NCBI GenBank assembly: GCA_012295275.1 | Contig: CM022679.1 | Location: forward strand, 28,582,001-28,646,000 | Length of the DNA: 64,000 bases | Source: Chrysomallon squamiferum | Lineage: Eukaryota > Animalia > Mollusca | Direction: 5' to 3' | Shown: in pieces, positions 63,871 through 64,000 of the stretch | How the letters are laid out: every line of letters begins with the position of its first letter | Numbering within the stretch: position 1 is the stretch's first letter | The notes under the pieces: generated by a model | What the model was told of the DNA's origin: nothing | Seen by the model: only the letters and a program-made list of their open reading frames with translations | Databases searched by the model: none | Made by a program: the position numbers and the translations under genes

Positions 63871-64000
63871 TACTACTACTGTTATTATTACAAAGTCTAC
63901 TACTACTACTTTTGTTATTATCATAGTTACTAACACAACTACTTTTCAATTACTACAACAAAGACTATTATTAGTACAACTTCTGACACTACTACTAGTA

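Noticed and set aside
63071-63933. 258-aa and 233-aa Tyr/Leu-rich ORFs
   Set aside because: Stop-free 38-41-bp minisatellite; the reading frame shifts with each unit.

Overview
Eukaryotic, AT-rich, microsatellite-dense animal genomic DNA, probably a mollusc/lophotrochozoan (inferred from MetaSINE-like relics and gene-body CpG depletion). I reconstructed four spliced genes by hand with phase checks. (1) The last five exons of a Fringe glycosyltransferase (+, 790-4651). (2) A giant, ~4090-aa DUF3715 pseudo-PARP protein of the TASOR/TEX15 family (-, 12617-31904). The ORF track mostly misses its diagnostic N-terminal domain because it is split over small exons. It has no recognisable SPOC/PIN domain but carries TQ-rich repeat arrays, several repeated short linear motifs and an unassigned helical C-terminal domain. 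(3) DUS1L (+, 42217-47421), head-to-head with the DUF3715 gene across a CpG-richer region. (4) A divergent GH38 lysosomal alpha-mannosidase (-, 49191-62905, 5' end outside the window) with one splice-phase defect. Also present: a candidate nested antisense Cys/Asp-rich microprotein gene, minisatellites in register with 5' splice sites in three genes, complementary microsatellite pairs inside introns, a hAT-like MITE and SINE relics. Most short ORFs in the track are microsatellite artefacts.
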